Source: Chloroflexota bacterium (GTDB taxonomy: Bacteria; Chloroflexota; Dehalococcoidia; Lucifugimonadales; UBA3495). Taken from it: 64,000 bases of DNA. Within the stretch, counting starts at the first letter, position 1, and each line of letters starts with the position of its first letter. The notes below the pieces were generated by a model that did no database searches, had not been told where the DNA came from, and saw only the letters and a list, made by a program, of their open reading frames with translations. The stretch lies in the NCBI GenBank assembly GCA_028873965.1, contig JAPPMU010000024.1, forward strand, positions 231,154 to 295,153, in the 5' to 3' direction. Of the stretch, positions 47,560 to 57,236 are shown piece after piece. The position numbers and the translations under genes are program-made.

Positions 47560-48182
47560 TCCGGCGGCGCTCCCCACCGGTCGTAGCTGCACACCTCGTT
47601 CAGCGGCAGTCGCGTCACCGGCCCGAAGTTGCCCCGGGGATACCCGAAGGGCATGCAGTACACCACTTGCGCGGTGTCCGGGATGCCGAAAAGCTCGTGG
47701 ACCCGCTCCTCCACCACCGGATGCAGCGTGGCGATGGTGCCGCCGATTCCGAAAGCCCGCGCCGCCAGGAGCATATTCTGCGCCGCCGGTATCACCGACC
47801 CTGCCGCCTGTGCGCCCTTGGCCGTGGCGCACACCAGCACCATCACCGGCGCGTCGCCGATCTCGTTGGCCAGCCGCATCGCCGAGCGCATGGGATGCCG
47901 TCCCGGCGGGATGTCCTGGGGACCCATGATTCCCGCGTCGGCCCGCTTGGCCCACCAGGCTTCGTGGTAAAGTTCACCCAGCTTGCGGCGTGTCTCCTCG
48001 TCTTGCACCACGATGAAATGCCACTGCTGGGTATTGCCGCCGTTGGGCGCGCGGATGGCGGCCTGCATGATGTCCTGCATCACGTCGGCCGGAATGGGAT
48101 CAGTCTTGAACCGGCGAATGGCCCGTTGGGTGAACATCGCTTCCCCCAGGGGAATGACGTTCAGTCGGTCGGCGGTGGTCAC
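47556..48182 (-). CDS. nitroreductase family protein
   Basis: Contains MFTQRAIRRFKTDPIPADVMQDIMQAAIRAPNGGNTQQWHFIVV. GTG 48182 follows GGAGG by 7 nt; the track ORF extends to 48263. Confidence 0.85.
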   Translation of the reverse strand: MTTADRLNVIPLGEAMFTQRAIRRFKTDPIPADVMQDIMQAAIRAPNGGNTQQWHFIVVQDEETRRKLGELYHEAWWAKRADAGIMGPQDIPPGRHPMRSAMRLANEIGDAPVMVLVCATAKGAQAAGSVIPAAQNMLLAARAFGIGGTIATLHPVVEERVHELFGIPDTAQVVYCMPFGYPRGNFGPVTRLPLNEVCSYDRWGAPPD

Positions 48183-48268
48183 GTTGCTACCTCCAAAGTT
48201 TGAGCAGTTGCCGGATGGTACCACAACGGCTTTGGGCTGCTTGTTATAATCCGTTATCCCCACTTACC

Positions 48269-48297
48269 CCGTCATTCCGCCGCAAGCCGGGACGACG
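48269..48297. repeat. hairpin repeat unit variant CCGTCATTCCGCCGCAAGCCGGGACGACG
   Basis: Shares the CGTCATTCC...stem-loop design with the units at 43752 and 60271. Confidence 0.4.
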
Positions 48298-48317
48298 ATC
48301 GGTTCCAGGAGCCCTCC

Positions 48318-49463
48318 ATGAGCCCGCAGAACATCTCGGACGCAGAACAGGCATACCGCAACCTGGGCGTTACTCCCATCATCAACGCCAGCGGGTCCGT
48401 CACCCGCCTGGGCGGCTCCCGGACCCGTCCCGAGGTCCTGGAGCAGATGGCCGGCACCGCCCGCGTCATGGTCAACATCGACGAGCTGAACCGCAAGGCC
48501 GGCGAAGAGATCGCCCGCCTGGTCGGGTCCGAAGCGGCCATGGTCAGCAGCGGAGCCGCCGGCGGCCTGCTGCTGCAGGCGGCGGCGTGCATCGCCGGCA
48601 GCGACCCGGTCAAGATGCAGCGCCTGCCCGAAACCGAGGGCATGAAAAACGAGATCATCATGCAGACGACGCACCGGTTCCCCTACGACCACGCCTACCG
48701 CGCCGCCGGTGCCAAGATCGTAGAGATCGGCAACTACCTGTTCAACCACCCCTGGGAACTGGAAGGTGCCATCAACGAGCGCACTGCCGCCGTCGCCTAC
48801 CTGTGCGCCCCCTTCACCAGCAAGCGGGTGATGCCCCTGGCCCAGGTATGCGAAATCGCCCACGCCCACGACGTGCCCGTGATCGTGGACGCCGCCTCCA
48901 TGCTGCCGCCCCGGGCCAACCTCCAGCGCTACCTGCGCGACGGCGCGGACATGGTGATCTTCAGCGGTGGTAAAGGCGTCCGCGGCCCCCAGGGAACCGG
49001 CATACTCTGCGGCCGCGCCGACCTCATCGACGCTGCCCTGGCCAACGCCAGCCCTGCCCAGTTCATCGGTCGCTCCGCCAAGGTCGCCAAGGAGGAGATC
49101 GTCGGCCTGGTCACCGCCCTCTCAATGTTCGTGGAGGAAGATGAGCAAGCCGAGATGGCCTGGTACCGCAGCATGGCCCAGCGCGTCGTGGACAGCCTCA
49201 TCGAAGTGCCCGGTCTCAACATCACGCTGGAGCACGACGGCATCGACTACCTGCTCCCCAACGCCGTGCTCCGTCTGGGCGGCGACTGGTCCGGCCCCTC
49301 AGCGCAGCAGGTCGCCGCTGCCCTGCAGCAGGGCGATCCGCCCATCTACCTCCAGCAGCTCCGCGCGCCGGACGAGTTGATGGTGGACCCGCTGAACGTG
49401 ACCGAGGACGAGATCGACGTCATCATCCGCCGCCTGCGGGAAGCTCTGACCGGGACCACCTGA
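48318..49463 (+). CDS. SelA-like PLP-dependent enzyme (DgaE / selenocysteine synthase-related fold)
   Basis: Contains INASGSVTRLGGS...VIVDAAS...FSGGKGVRGPQGTGIL, which parallels the SelA SGDKLLGGPQAG lysine motif. Confidence 0.75.
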   Translation: MSPQNISDAEQAYRNLGVTPIINASGSVTRLGGSRTRPEVLEQMAGTARVMVNIDELNRKAGEEIARLVGSEAAMVSSGAAGGLLLQAAACIAGSDPVKMQRLPETEGMKNEIIMQTTHRFPYDHAYRAAGAKIVEIGNYLFNHPWELEGAINERTAAVAYLCAPFTSKRVMPLAQVCEIAHAHDVPVIVDAASMLPPRANLQRYLRDGADMVIFSGGKGVRGPQGTGILCGRADLIDAALANASPAQFIGRSAKVAKEEIVGLVTALSMFVEEDEQAEMAWYRSMAQRVVDSLIEVPGLNITLEHDGIDYLLPNAVLRLGGDWSGPSAQQVAAALQQGDPPIYLQQLRAPDELMVDPLNVTEDEIDVIIRRLREALTGTT

Positions 49464-49472
49464 TCCTGCTTT

Positions 49473-50249
49473 CTATCCTTGAGTTCGGCCGTTTTCGCGC
49501 AGCTGGCGCACCAGTTCGCGGTACTCTTCCAACTCCCGCTCCGCCGCCAACCGCGCCTGCCGCTCTGCCTCTAACGCACGGCGTTCCGACTCCATCGCCA
49601 GACGCACCCCGCGGCGGTCCAGCAGGATCTCCCCGGTGTCCGGATCTTGCAGCTCGATCTCGCCATCATTCCAGCGCAGGTTGAGCCGCAATAGCGGGCT
49701 GTAGGCCCATATCACGCCGTCAGCGGTGGTATGCACGGGGAACGCTCGATACTCACCCTGTTCCAGGTACTCGCCCACCAACGCCACGCCGTACATGTCG
49801 CCGCCGCTGGCGTCAAACCGCCAGTACTCGGTGACGCCCATTCGCGCGTACAGGTCGCGCTTACCGCCGGTGTCGTTCGATGCCGTCGTTTCCGACGCCA
49901 CCTCCAGCACGAAATCGGGCGGCTTGCCCACCTCCCAGATGAGGTAGCCGTTCCGCCGCCGGATGGCCCGCGCGTCCACGTCAAAGGCAACGTAAATGTC
50001 CGGCTGAAGCCGGCGGTTTCGATCCGTCGGGTCGTAATAGACGATGGTGTTGGTATCGGCGAAGGTGTCCAAGCGGTCGGTGAGCAGATCAGCCAGGATC
50101 TGCATCACGTACAGGATGTGCGGGTTTTGCTGCATGGCGTCCGGCATCGGTTCCGGATCCGGCAGCGGCGGCGCGTCCGGCCCGAAAAACGGGTCGAGGT
50201 TGGGGATTGTTACGCCGTCGGACGGCGCGTAGGGCGTCTTTATGGTCAT
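49473..50249 (-). CDS. Uma2 family endonuclease with C-terminal coiled coil
   Basis: Contains LQPDIYVAFDV...PPDFVLEVASETTAS...GVTEYWRFD. Confidence 0.8.
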   Translation of the reverse strand: MTIKTPYAPSDGVTIPNLDPFFGPDAPPLPDPEPMPDAMQQNPHILYVMQILADLLTDRLDTFADTNTIVYYDPTDRNRRLQPDIYVAFDVDARAIRRRNGYLIWEVGKPPDFVLEVASETTASNDTGGKRDLYARMGVTEYWRFDASGGDMYGVALVGEYLEQGEYRAFPVHTTADGVIWAYSPLLRLNLRWNDGEIELQDPDTGEILLDRRGVRLAMESERRALEAERQARLAAERELEEYRELVRQLRENGRTQG

Positions 50250-50354
50250 GGCTATTCACCAATAGCACAAACAATGGGGAATGACCAGCGTACCATCCGC
50301 GTGGCCAATCCCCACCCAAAACCTGTCAGCAATTTCGAAACGTGGGGTTGGATG

Positions 50355-51440
50355 CTATGCCACCGCCGCCTCCTGGAAGTGCGGCATCACCTCCGTGGCG
50401 AACAGCTCGATGGAGCGCATCACCTTGGAATGCGGCAGGCCGGCGAACCCGAAGTTGCCGAAGACGTGGTTGATCCCCGCCGCCTGCACTTCCTTCAACC
50501 GTTCCGCGACTACCTCCGGCGTTCCCCGCAGCGGCGGCAGACCGGCATGGCCCACGTCGTCGCGGCGGTCCCGGTCTGCCTGGCGGTTGGCCCAGTGCTC
50601 GTAGCCCTTGGCGATGTTCCCGTTCCTGTCCATGGGCATTCCGATGGGCGCGCCGTTGCTGCCGATGGAACGCAGCACCCGGGACGAGAAGTCCTCCAAT
50701 CCGATGGGATCCCGCTCCGCCTCTTCCATGGTCGGCGCCACGTAGATCGACTTGGACATCGGCGGATCCAGGTGCGCGTGGGGGTGCCCGTACTCGTCCA
50801 TCTTCTCCCGCCACGACTGGATCACCTGCGGAGCCTGGCCCAGTATGTCCGTCGGCCCTCCGGTGATGACCTGGATGTTTCGGCTGGCGGCGAAGTCGAT
50901 GCTGGCCGGGCTGGTGCTCACCGCCTGGAACAGCGGCGGATACGGCTTCTGCACCGGCTTGGGCAGCACCCAAACGTCATCGACGTTGGTGTACTTGCCG
51001 TGGAACGTCAGCGTCTCCTCCGTCCACGCTTTGATCATAACGTCAACGGCTTCCTGGAACCGCTCACGGCTAGTATCGATGTCGACGCCTACGCCGTCGA
51101 ACTCCTGCTGCTGGTATCCGGCGCCGATGCCGAAGTTGATGCGGCCGCCGCTGATCACGTCCAGCATGGCCACTTCCTCAGCCACCAGCACCGGGTTGTG
51201 CAGGGGCAGCACGATCACCGCCGTGCCGATGCGGATCTGCTTGGTGCTCCCGGCAACCGCGCCCAGGAACGACCAGATGCCCGACAGCAGGCCGTGGCGC
51301 GAGAAGCGATGCTCGCCCAGCCAGGCCTCGTCCAGTCCCGCCTCGTCGGCGAACCGGATCTGCTCCAAGGCATCGTTCAACGCCTGCGGCGGCGTGAAGT
51401 CCTGGTGATAGGGAACGATGGTGAAAATTCCGAACTGCAT
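50355..51440 (-). CDS. LLM-class flavin-dependent oxidoreductase
   Basis: Contains MQFGIF...ADEAGLDEAWLGEHRFS...NPVLVAEEVAMLDVISGGRINFGIGAG. Confidence 0.9.
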   Translation of the reverse strand: MQFGIFTIVPYHQDFTPPQALNDALEQIRFADEAGLDEAWLGEHRFSRHGLLSGIWSFLGAVAGSTKQIRIGTAVIVLPLHNPVLVAEEVAMLDVISGGRINFGIGAGYQQQEFDGVGVDIDTSRERFQEAVDVMIKAWTEETLTFHGKYTNVDDVWVLPKPVQKPYPPLFQAVSTSPASIDFAASRNIQVITGGPTDILGQAPQVIQSWREKMDEYGHPHAHLDPPMSKSIYVAPTMEEAERDPIGLEDFSSRVLRSIGSNGAPIGMPMDRNGNIAKGYEHWANRQADRDRRDDVGHAGLPPLRGTPEVVAERLKEVQAAGINHVFGNFGFAGLPHSKVMRSIELFATEVMPHFQEAAVA

Positions 51441-51469
51441 GGCGGGCCTCCTTGGTTCGCGTGATACGG

Positions 51470-52147
51470 TTACTTGACGAAGTTTTCGCCGTCAGCCGTT
51501 GCGGTTGTCGCTTCCGCGCCTGACGTGTCCAGCAGGATAGGCTCGTGGGTGTCCGGGTCTTGCCGCCAGAGCCGACGCACCTTGATTTCGTGGGCGCGCT
51601 CCATGGCCACTTTGGCGACGTCGTAGTTGGCCTGGAGCGCCGACCATTTCTGCGGGTGGCCGCCGAAAGCCTGGTCAATGCGGATAATCAACTCCGGCGT
51701 CAGCGAAGTCCGACAGTTCACCAGGTCATCCAGTTCTTCATAGCTGACGCCCAGGTGCTCAGCGGCCTCGGCGACGGTGAGGCCCAGGGGCTCCAAACAT
51801 TCGTGGAGCAACACCTGGCCGGGATGGAGCGGGCTGGACGTTGGCAAGCCGATTTCACCCAAGGGGTTCCCCAGGCGCTTGACCTTGATGCCGTGGGCGC
51901 TGTGGAAAACCTGGGCAAGATCATAAGACGCCTGTAACCGTCGCCGGATCGAGACGCTGGCGCCAAATGCCTTGTATAGCCGGATGGACATTTCCGGTGA
52001 AACGGGCACCTTGCCGTTTACTACGTCGTTCAACTCCCCGCAGCTGACACCGATATGCAGAGCGGCTTCCGCAATGCTCACTCCCAAAGGCTCTATGTCA
52101 TCGTGCCAAATCCCCTTGCCCGGGTGAACGGCGTTTCTCATCGACAT
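51470..52147 (-). CDS. higA: HigA-family antitoxin with two tandem HigA HTH modules
   Basis: Two collinear copies of HPG..L.....EPLG(L/V)(S/T)(I/V)AEAA.H(I/L)GVS..EL.D(V/L)VN.....(S/T)PE(M/L).IR....FG. One spans residues about 8-95 and the other about 108-195. Confidence 0.8.
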   Translation of the reverse strand: MSMRNAVHPGKGIWHDDIEPLGVSIAEAALHIGVSCGELNDVVNGKVPVSPEMSIRLYKAFGASVSIRRRLQASYDLAQVFHSAHGIKVKRLGNPLGEIGLPTSSPLHPGQVLLHECLEPLGLTVAEAAEHLGVSYEELDDLVNCRTSLTPELIIRIDQAFGGHPQKWSALQANYDVAKVAMERAHEIKVRRLWRQDPDTHEPILLDTSGAEATTATADGENFVK

Positions 52148-52159
52148 TTCACAGCCCCC

Positions 52160-52438
52160 CTAATGGTAATCGATCAAATCCACGTCACACACGTCGCCCT
52201 CTTGAAACCGAAATACTATGCGCCAGTTGGCGGAAACGGTAACCGCCCAATACCCAGCGCGATCGCCGGCCAGTCGGTGCAACCCAAATCCCTGACGGTT
52301 CATATCATCCGGCATCATCGCTTCGTCCAGGCTGTCCAGAATACGCTGTATTTTGGCAGTATATTCCTGTGGAACGCGCCGCCTCTCCCCGCGCTCCCAG
52401 AAACGCCGCAGACCGTTGTGCCGGAAGTTGCGTATCAT
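52160..52438 (-). CDS. higB: HigB-type toxin (RelE/ParE superfamily, plasmid maintenance system killer)
   Basis: Contains MIRNFRHNGLRRFWERGE...LHRLAGDRAGYWAVTVSANWRIVFRFQEGDVCDVDLIDYH. Confidence 0.85.
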   Translation of the reverse strand: MIRNFRHNGLRRFWERGERRRVPQEYTAKIQRILDSLDEAMMPDDMNRQGFGLHRLAGDRAGYWAVTVSANWRIVFRFQEGDVCDVDLIDYH

Positions 52439-52483
52439 TGTACGTTGTCAACGCACAACGGCCTGACGCGGTACAGTAAATCG

Positions 52484-54151
52484 TCACCCTCCCGTCCGCC
52501 GCGCGATCATTGCGTCGGCCAGCGGGCTGGCCCCCGACTTCACCGTTATGTTCACCAGAGACGGCCGGTTGGAGTTAATGGCTCGCTCCACCGCCGGCGC
52601 AACCTCGTCCGGCTGCTCCACCAACTCCGCGTAGCCGCCGATGCCCTCCACCACCTGGTCATAGCGCACGCCCGGACGCAGCGCAGTGCCCACGTCCCGC
52701 CCGAAGTAGGCCAGCTGGAAGGTGCGGTCGATGCCCCAGTTGCCGTCGTTCCCCATGATGCCGGTGATGTTCAGGTTGTGCCGGATGCAGGTGTCGTACT
52801 CCATCGAGTAGAACCCGAAGGAACCGTCGCCCATGAACGCCAGCACCTTGCTGTCGGGGTAGGCCAGCTTGGCCGCCATGGCGTAGGGAATCGCTCCGCC
52901 CAGGTGGCTCAGCGGCCCCAGGCGCATGAAGTGCCCCGGCGACCTCGCCGGCAGGTAACACCGACCCCACTGCACGTAGTCGCCGCCGTCCAGGATGATG
53001 AAGGTGTCTTCGTCCACCAGGTGCTCGATTCGCGTGTACACGTCCAGCGGGTGCATCGGCGCCTCATTGGCGACGTTGCTGCGCAGGCTGTCCAGCCAGG
53101 CTTCCTGCTCCCGTTTCAACTCGCTGATCCACGGCCCCAAGTTCCCGTTGTGCCTGGCCGCCGCCGCAATCTGGTCCACGATGGCGCCCAGATCTCCCAG
53201 CAGACCCACGGCCACGCCCCGGTTGCGTCCGATCTCGGCCTCAGACGGGTCGGCCTGGATCAGCTTGGCGTCGGCGTTGAAGACGCCGCCGTAGCGGTAG
53301 CGATGATCCAGCCGCTTGCCCAAGAGCAGGACCACGTCGGCCTCCCGGAACTTGCGGGCGGTCCGGTTCAGCGCCCCGTCAGCGTAGCCGAAGCACAACG
53401 TATGCAGGTCGTCGATGAGACCCCGCGCCTGCTCCACGGTGAAAATGGGCGCGCCCGTTGCCTCGGCCAGCGCCTCCAGCTGCGCCGGCTCGACGGAGTA
53501 GCGGGCCGGATTGCCCACGATGATCACTGGACGCTGGGCGTTCGCCAGCAGGTTGGCGGCCTGCTCGATCAGCTTGGGATCGCCCTGGGAACGGCCCATG
53601 TTCCGGTATTCCTGGGGCAGGAACGGAGGCAGATCCTCTTCGCTGATGGGCGCCTCCTGCAAGTCGATGGGCAGGGTCAGGTGCACCGGCCCGGGCCGCC
53701 CGCTCATGGCGGTGCGGAAGGCCGTGGCCACGAACTCCGGGATGCGGTTCTTCTCGTGGATCAACCACGAACCCTTCGACACCGGCGCGGCCATCGCCAC
53801 CTGGTCGATCTCCTGGAAAGTGGCCTGTCCCTTTTCCGGCAGCTCGGCGCAGCCGGCCACGAAGATCACCGGGCTCTCAGAGGTGTAGATGGCGGGCAGA
53901 CCGGAGATAGCGTTAGCGAAGCCGGGCCCGCCGGTAAACAAGGCCACCGCCGGCTGGCCGGTGATGCGGGCATATCCGTCGGCCATGTGCATCGCCGCGC
54001 CCTCGTGTCGGGTGTCGATGAACTCGATGCCCTCATCCGCCGCGGCGTCCACCAGGGGCAGTATCGTGTCCCCGACAATCGTAAAAACCTTCTGCACCCC
54101 TTCCTGCTTCAGGCAGCGAATGAACAGATGCCCACCATTCAACTCCGGCAT
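52484..54151 (-). CDS. thiamine-pyrophosphate-dependent enzyme (acetolactate synthase large subunit-like)
   Basis: Contains MPELNGGHLFIRCLKQEGVQKVFTIVGDTILPLVDA...HEGAAMHMADGYARITG... and the TPP motif GDGSFGF...N. ATG 54151 follows CAGGAG. Confidence 0.9.
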   Translation of the reverse strand: MPELNGGHLFIRCLKQEGVQKVFTIVGDTILPLVDAAADEGIEFIDTRHEGAAMHMADGYARITGQPAVALFTGGPGFANAISGLPAIYTSESPVIFVAGCAELPEKGQATFQEIDQVAMAAPVSKGSWLIHEKNRIPEFVATAFRTAMSGRPGPVHLTLPIDLQEAPISEEDLPPFLPQEYRNMGRSQGDPKLIEQAANLLANAQRPVIIVGNPARYSVEPAQLEALAEATGAPIFTVEQARGLIDDLHTLCFGYADGALNRTARKFREADVVLLLGKRLDHRYRYGGVFNADAKLIQADPSEAEIGRNRGVAVGLLGDLGAIVDQIAAAARHNGNLGPWISELKREQEAWLDSLRSNVANEAPMHPLDVYTRIEHLVDEDTFIILDGGDYVQWGRCYLPARSPGHFMRLGPLSHLGGAIPYAMAAKLAYPDSKVLAFMGDGSFGFYSMEYDTCIRHNLNITGIMGNDGNWGIDRTFQLAYFGRDVGTALRPGVRYDQVVEGIGGYAELVEQPDEVAPAVERAINSNRPSLVNITVKSGASPLADAMIARRTGG

Positions 54152-54278
54152 AAAACGAAACTCCTGGACGAAAGTGACTTGCCTCCTACGGAGGTTCCAC
54201 CATGCTATCACAGGAGCGAGAGTTGCCCATGCTCGGATACGGACCAGCAGCGTATGGCATCCGGCCATGCGCCGGCGG

Positions 54279-54560
54279 TCAGGGCCGGACTGCTTCGATG
54301 ATTACGCTGCCGCCGTCCCAGGCGTCCACCGAAACCCGGCTGCCTTCCAGCAACTCCATCCCCAGCAGGGGCTGGTCCATGGACTGAAAAACCTCAATTC
54401 TGTGCAACTGACCGTGCCACAACACCGAAGTTTCGTAGTATTCAAACTCTTCCTGGTTGCCACTGACGATGATACTGTAACGAGACCCTGCTCTAACCAG
54501 CCCGAGCCGCCGGATTTCGGCTTCCGGAAGAGTAAGCCAGGCAGTGAACCCCGTGTCCAC
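54279..54560 (-). CDS. retropepsin-like (clan AA) aspartic protease domain protein, possibly N-terminally truncated
   Basis: Contains VDTGFTAWLTLPEAEIRRLGL...LLGMELLEG. Only a GTG start lies directly at the DTG motif. Confidence 0.5.
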   Translation of the reverse strand: MDTGFTAWLTLPEAEIRRLGLVRAGSRYSIIVSGNQEEFEYYETSVLWHGQLHRIEVFQSMDQPLLGMELLEGSRVSVDAWDGGSVIIEAVRP

Positions 54561-54691
54561 GATAACCTTGTACTGTTGACTGTTGCAGCTCGCCGTAAGC
54601 GTCCATTACGGACACGGTAATCCAAGCCTCCAGCCCACCGTCGGAGTTCCGTGCCACCTCGCCCCTAATCATAGGACTTGGTAGAGTAGGG

Positions 54692-54955
54692 TCAGGTCAC
54701 GACGCTGGGATGTACCCGGTAAGTTACCGGCACATCCACCCATTCGTCCCAAGTGTATGCATCCGGACGCCGCTCACGCAACTTCCGAACGGCCTGTAGG
54801 TGCCCCTTTAGGGGCCCGTCGGCAATCTCGTAGTCGCCGCTTTTGACGTCGATGACCACTATCTTGCCCTTGTGTTCCGGCCCCAGGGTAGGGTGTATCT
54901 TCTCGCGATAGATGGCGCGCCCAATGGCCGGCGCGTCCGCTTCGTTGAACTCCAT
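54692..54955 (-). CDS. hypothetical small protein (usual upstream partner of clan AA protease genes)
   Basis: ATG 54955. Starts MEFNEADAPAIGRAIYREKIHPTLGPEHKGKIVVIDVKSGDYEIAD. Confidence 0.45.
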   Translation of the reverse strand: MEFNEADAPAIGRAIYREKIHPTLGPEHKGKIVVIDVKSGDYEIADGPLKGHLQAVRKLRERRPDAYTWDEWVDVPVTYRVHPSVVT

Positions 54956-54957
54956 GA

Positions 54958-55188
54958 TTATCGCTCCGCGCCGCCATTCCGCCTGGCCAGGCCCGCGCCG
55001 CCGGCGAACCCGACTATCGCCCCTACTGCCGTTTTGACCGTCCAGTCCGCTACCTGAACCAGGGTGCTTTGAGCCGGTGTAAGTTGCGCGTCCGAAACCG
55101 TCGCTACCCATATCAAGACACTGCCGCTCAGCATGACCAGAGCGAACAGCATACCCAGGACCGCAAACGAAACCGCGGTGCTATTCAC
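54958..55188 (-). CDS. small membrane protein
   Basis: Two hydrophobic segments (AVSFAVLGMLFALVMLSGSVLIWV; AVGAIVGFAGGAGL). Confidence 0.35.
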   Translation of the reverse strand: MNSTAVSFAVLGMLFALVMLSGSVLIWVATVSDAQLTPAQSTLVQVADWTVKTAVGAIVGFAGGAGLARRNGGAER

Positions 55189-55366
55189 CGCTGGCCGTGC
55201 CCGCTTGATCCTCGACAGCGGTAGAGCCAGCCGCTCGGCGCGATGGTTCCACGACCCAGCCCTTCCACAGCGTCCAAAACAGCACCGCGACGCTGCCTAT
55301 CAGCAGAATGAGCCCGACTACTGCCAGAATAGCCGCGATAATCAACGGAAACGTTACCATCGTCAT
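55181..55366 (-). CDS. small membrane protein
   Basis: Contains FPLIIAAILAVVGLILLIGSVAVLFWTLW, a TM helix. Overlaps the downstream gene by 8 nt. Confidence 0.35.
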   Translation of the reverse strand: MTMVTFPLIIAAILAVVGLILLIGSVAVLFWTLWKGWVVEPSRRAAGSTAVEDQAGTASGE

Positions 55367-55644
55367 TACCCCTTACCGCCGTCTTCCTCGCCGCCCACTG
55401 CCGCGATTCTAGCACACTCCAGCTGCAAGACCATCACGCGCCCGTCTTTATCCATTCATCCCGGTTTATGATCCGCGCCTTCCAGACGACGTTCCGCTTC
55501 TATCAACCCCCTCGTTATTGCCCCAACAAATCATGCGCCCATCGGCCCAGACCCTGCACATAATGCAACTGCACCGCATAGATTGCGTTATCATTAGCTT
55601 CACGGTATGATACTACGTGCCACAATTTGAAAAGGAGCCACACC

Positions 55645-56540
55645 ATGAACTTATTAGAACAGATTAACATAGACTTGATTGATCATTCCTCCCAACTTAC
55701 CAACACACTGCGTAAGGCGCAAGTGTTGGCCCGTCAGCTCAATGTGCCGGAATTGGGTGATTGGGTCAAGTTAGAGTTGGAAGGATACAAGAACGATGAT
55801 GTTCCCGAATACAGACATCTCCAGCTGCCTGTTTATGGGATATTCCCCGGCCTATGGGACTCGGCACGCAGACAGTGGACATTTCCAGCAAATTGCCTCA
55901 ACACATCAGGGATAACGTCCAAGACCTTCCTGTCACATATAAAATAGCGGTCCTTGAAGCATTGATAACCTCCGACGATACAGAGTCAAACAGAACACTT
56001 GCAGAAGAACTCACCAGCCTGCTGCGTCAAGCAGTGCAAATTGATGAGCGTGCTCTGCTGATTGAATCTTATCAGAAAGGGCCTCATGTCTTTTTCGCAG
56101 GCATATTAGACAGCGTGAAGAACAGGCTGTTGAATTTCATTCTGGACTTACAGCAAATGAACGCAACGCCGGATTCACTGAACAAAGACAGCGTTGCGCG
56201 TGAGGCGATACGCAATTCTTTCCACTTCCACATCAACGGCAACAATAACACCGTCGCTGTCGGCGAGAACGTGAGTCAAACGGTCTCCACCGTTCATAAG
56301 GGAGATGTCGAATCCCTCAAGGCGCATCTCCGAGCCCATAACATCGACGAAGTTGATCTGAGTGAACTCGCAAGCGCAGTGACGTCCGAGACAGCAGGGA
56401 ACAACGGTCAATTTGGGGCTAGGGTGAATGCGTGGGTTGGGAAAATGGGCGGCAAGGCAATTTCTGGCGCATGGCAGTATAGCGTAGAGAATGCCCTGCC
56501 TATGTTGGTGGAAGCAATCAAGAGCTATTACGGTGCTTGA
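55645..56540 (+). pseudogene. AbiTii-domain abortive-infection-like gene with a frameshift near 55846-55856
   Basis: MNLLEQINIDLIDHSSQLTNTLRKAQVLARQLNVPELGDWVKLELEGYKNDDVPEYRHLQLPVYG fits the AbiTii N-terminal pattern. Reading continues in another frame (track ORF 55854..56540). The region is distinctly lower in GC. Confidence 0.6.
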
Positions 56541-56667
56541 TTTACCAATGCCATCCACTACGGCGGCGCAGCCTGCCCACGTCGTGCTGCCCCAGCAAAC
56601 TACCCGCCCGTCTGTCCGCACCCCACAGGTGTGATCGCCACCGGGCACTGACCGATTGGAAGGTCCC

Positions 56668-56988
56668 TTACGGCGGTTCGCCCGGGTCGTAGTCCGACCC
56701 GTCAAGACGCCGATATGCTTCTCGGAGCTCATCAAGCGTGAACAAGGCGCGCCACGGCTCTCGCAGTACCAACGCCTCCACCGAGAGATCAAGACGCCTT
56801 TCTTCCCACAGCTTCTCGAAACCGTAAGATGGAGCGTCTTTACCCAGCAGTATCCTGGCAGCCTGTACGCCGCCGTGATCGTTAACCATCCGTCGGAAGT
56901 ACGTGGGGCGGTAGCCGAAGGTACTCGCCTCGTCGTAAATCCGCAGCATCTCCTGGTGAAAATGTGGTTGGAGATTCGCAGTTGTCAA
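56668..56988 (-). CDS. hypothetical protein
   Basis: 106-aa ORF with plausible composition (GGVQAARILLGKDAPSYGFEKLWEERRLDLSVEALVL). Family not recognised. Confidence 0.5.
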   Translation of the reverse strand: MTTANLQPHFHQEMLRIYDEASTFGYRPTYFRRMVNDHGGVQAARILLGKDAPSYGFEKLWEERRLDLSVEALVLREPWRALFTLDELREAYRRLDGSDYDPGEPP

Positions 56989-57236
56989 ATCAATCCTCCT
57001 GCCGTTTGTCGCTACGGCGGCGCGGCCTGCCCACTAACATTATATTCCCAACAAACCACTCGCCCATCCGTCCACACTCCGCAAGTACAGCTCCGCCGGC
57101 ACCAACGGGCACAAGCTACAGTAGGATGATAGCCAGTCCAATCGCTCCCAGATGCTATCCGTCATAATCCATAGCTCCCGCACATGCCAAGGCAAACCAT
57201 TGCCAAGTGTACTGACACCCCTAATCCAGGGTCAAC

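Noticed and set aside
54560-54625. Possible frameshift restoring a longer N-terminus (MDAYGELQQSTVQ…) to the clan AA protease-like gene.
   Set aside because: The upstream frame is only 13 codons and shows no recognisable similarity. A true frameshift cannot be distinguished from a naturally short or GTG-initiated protein.
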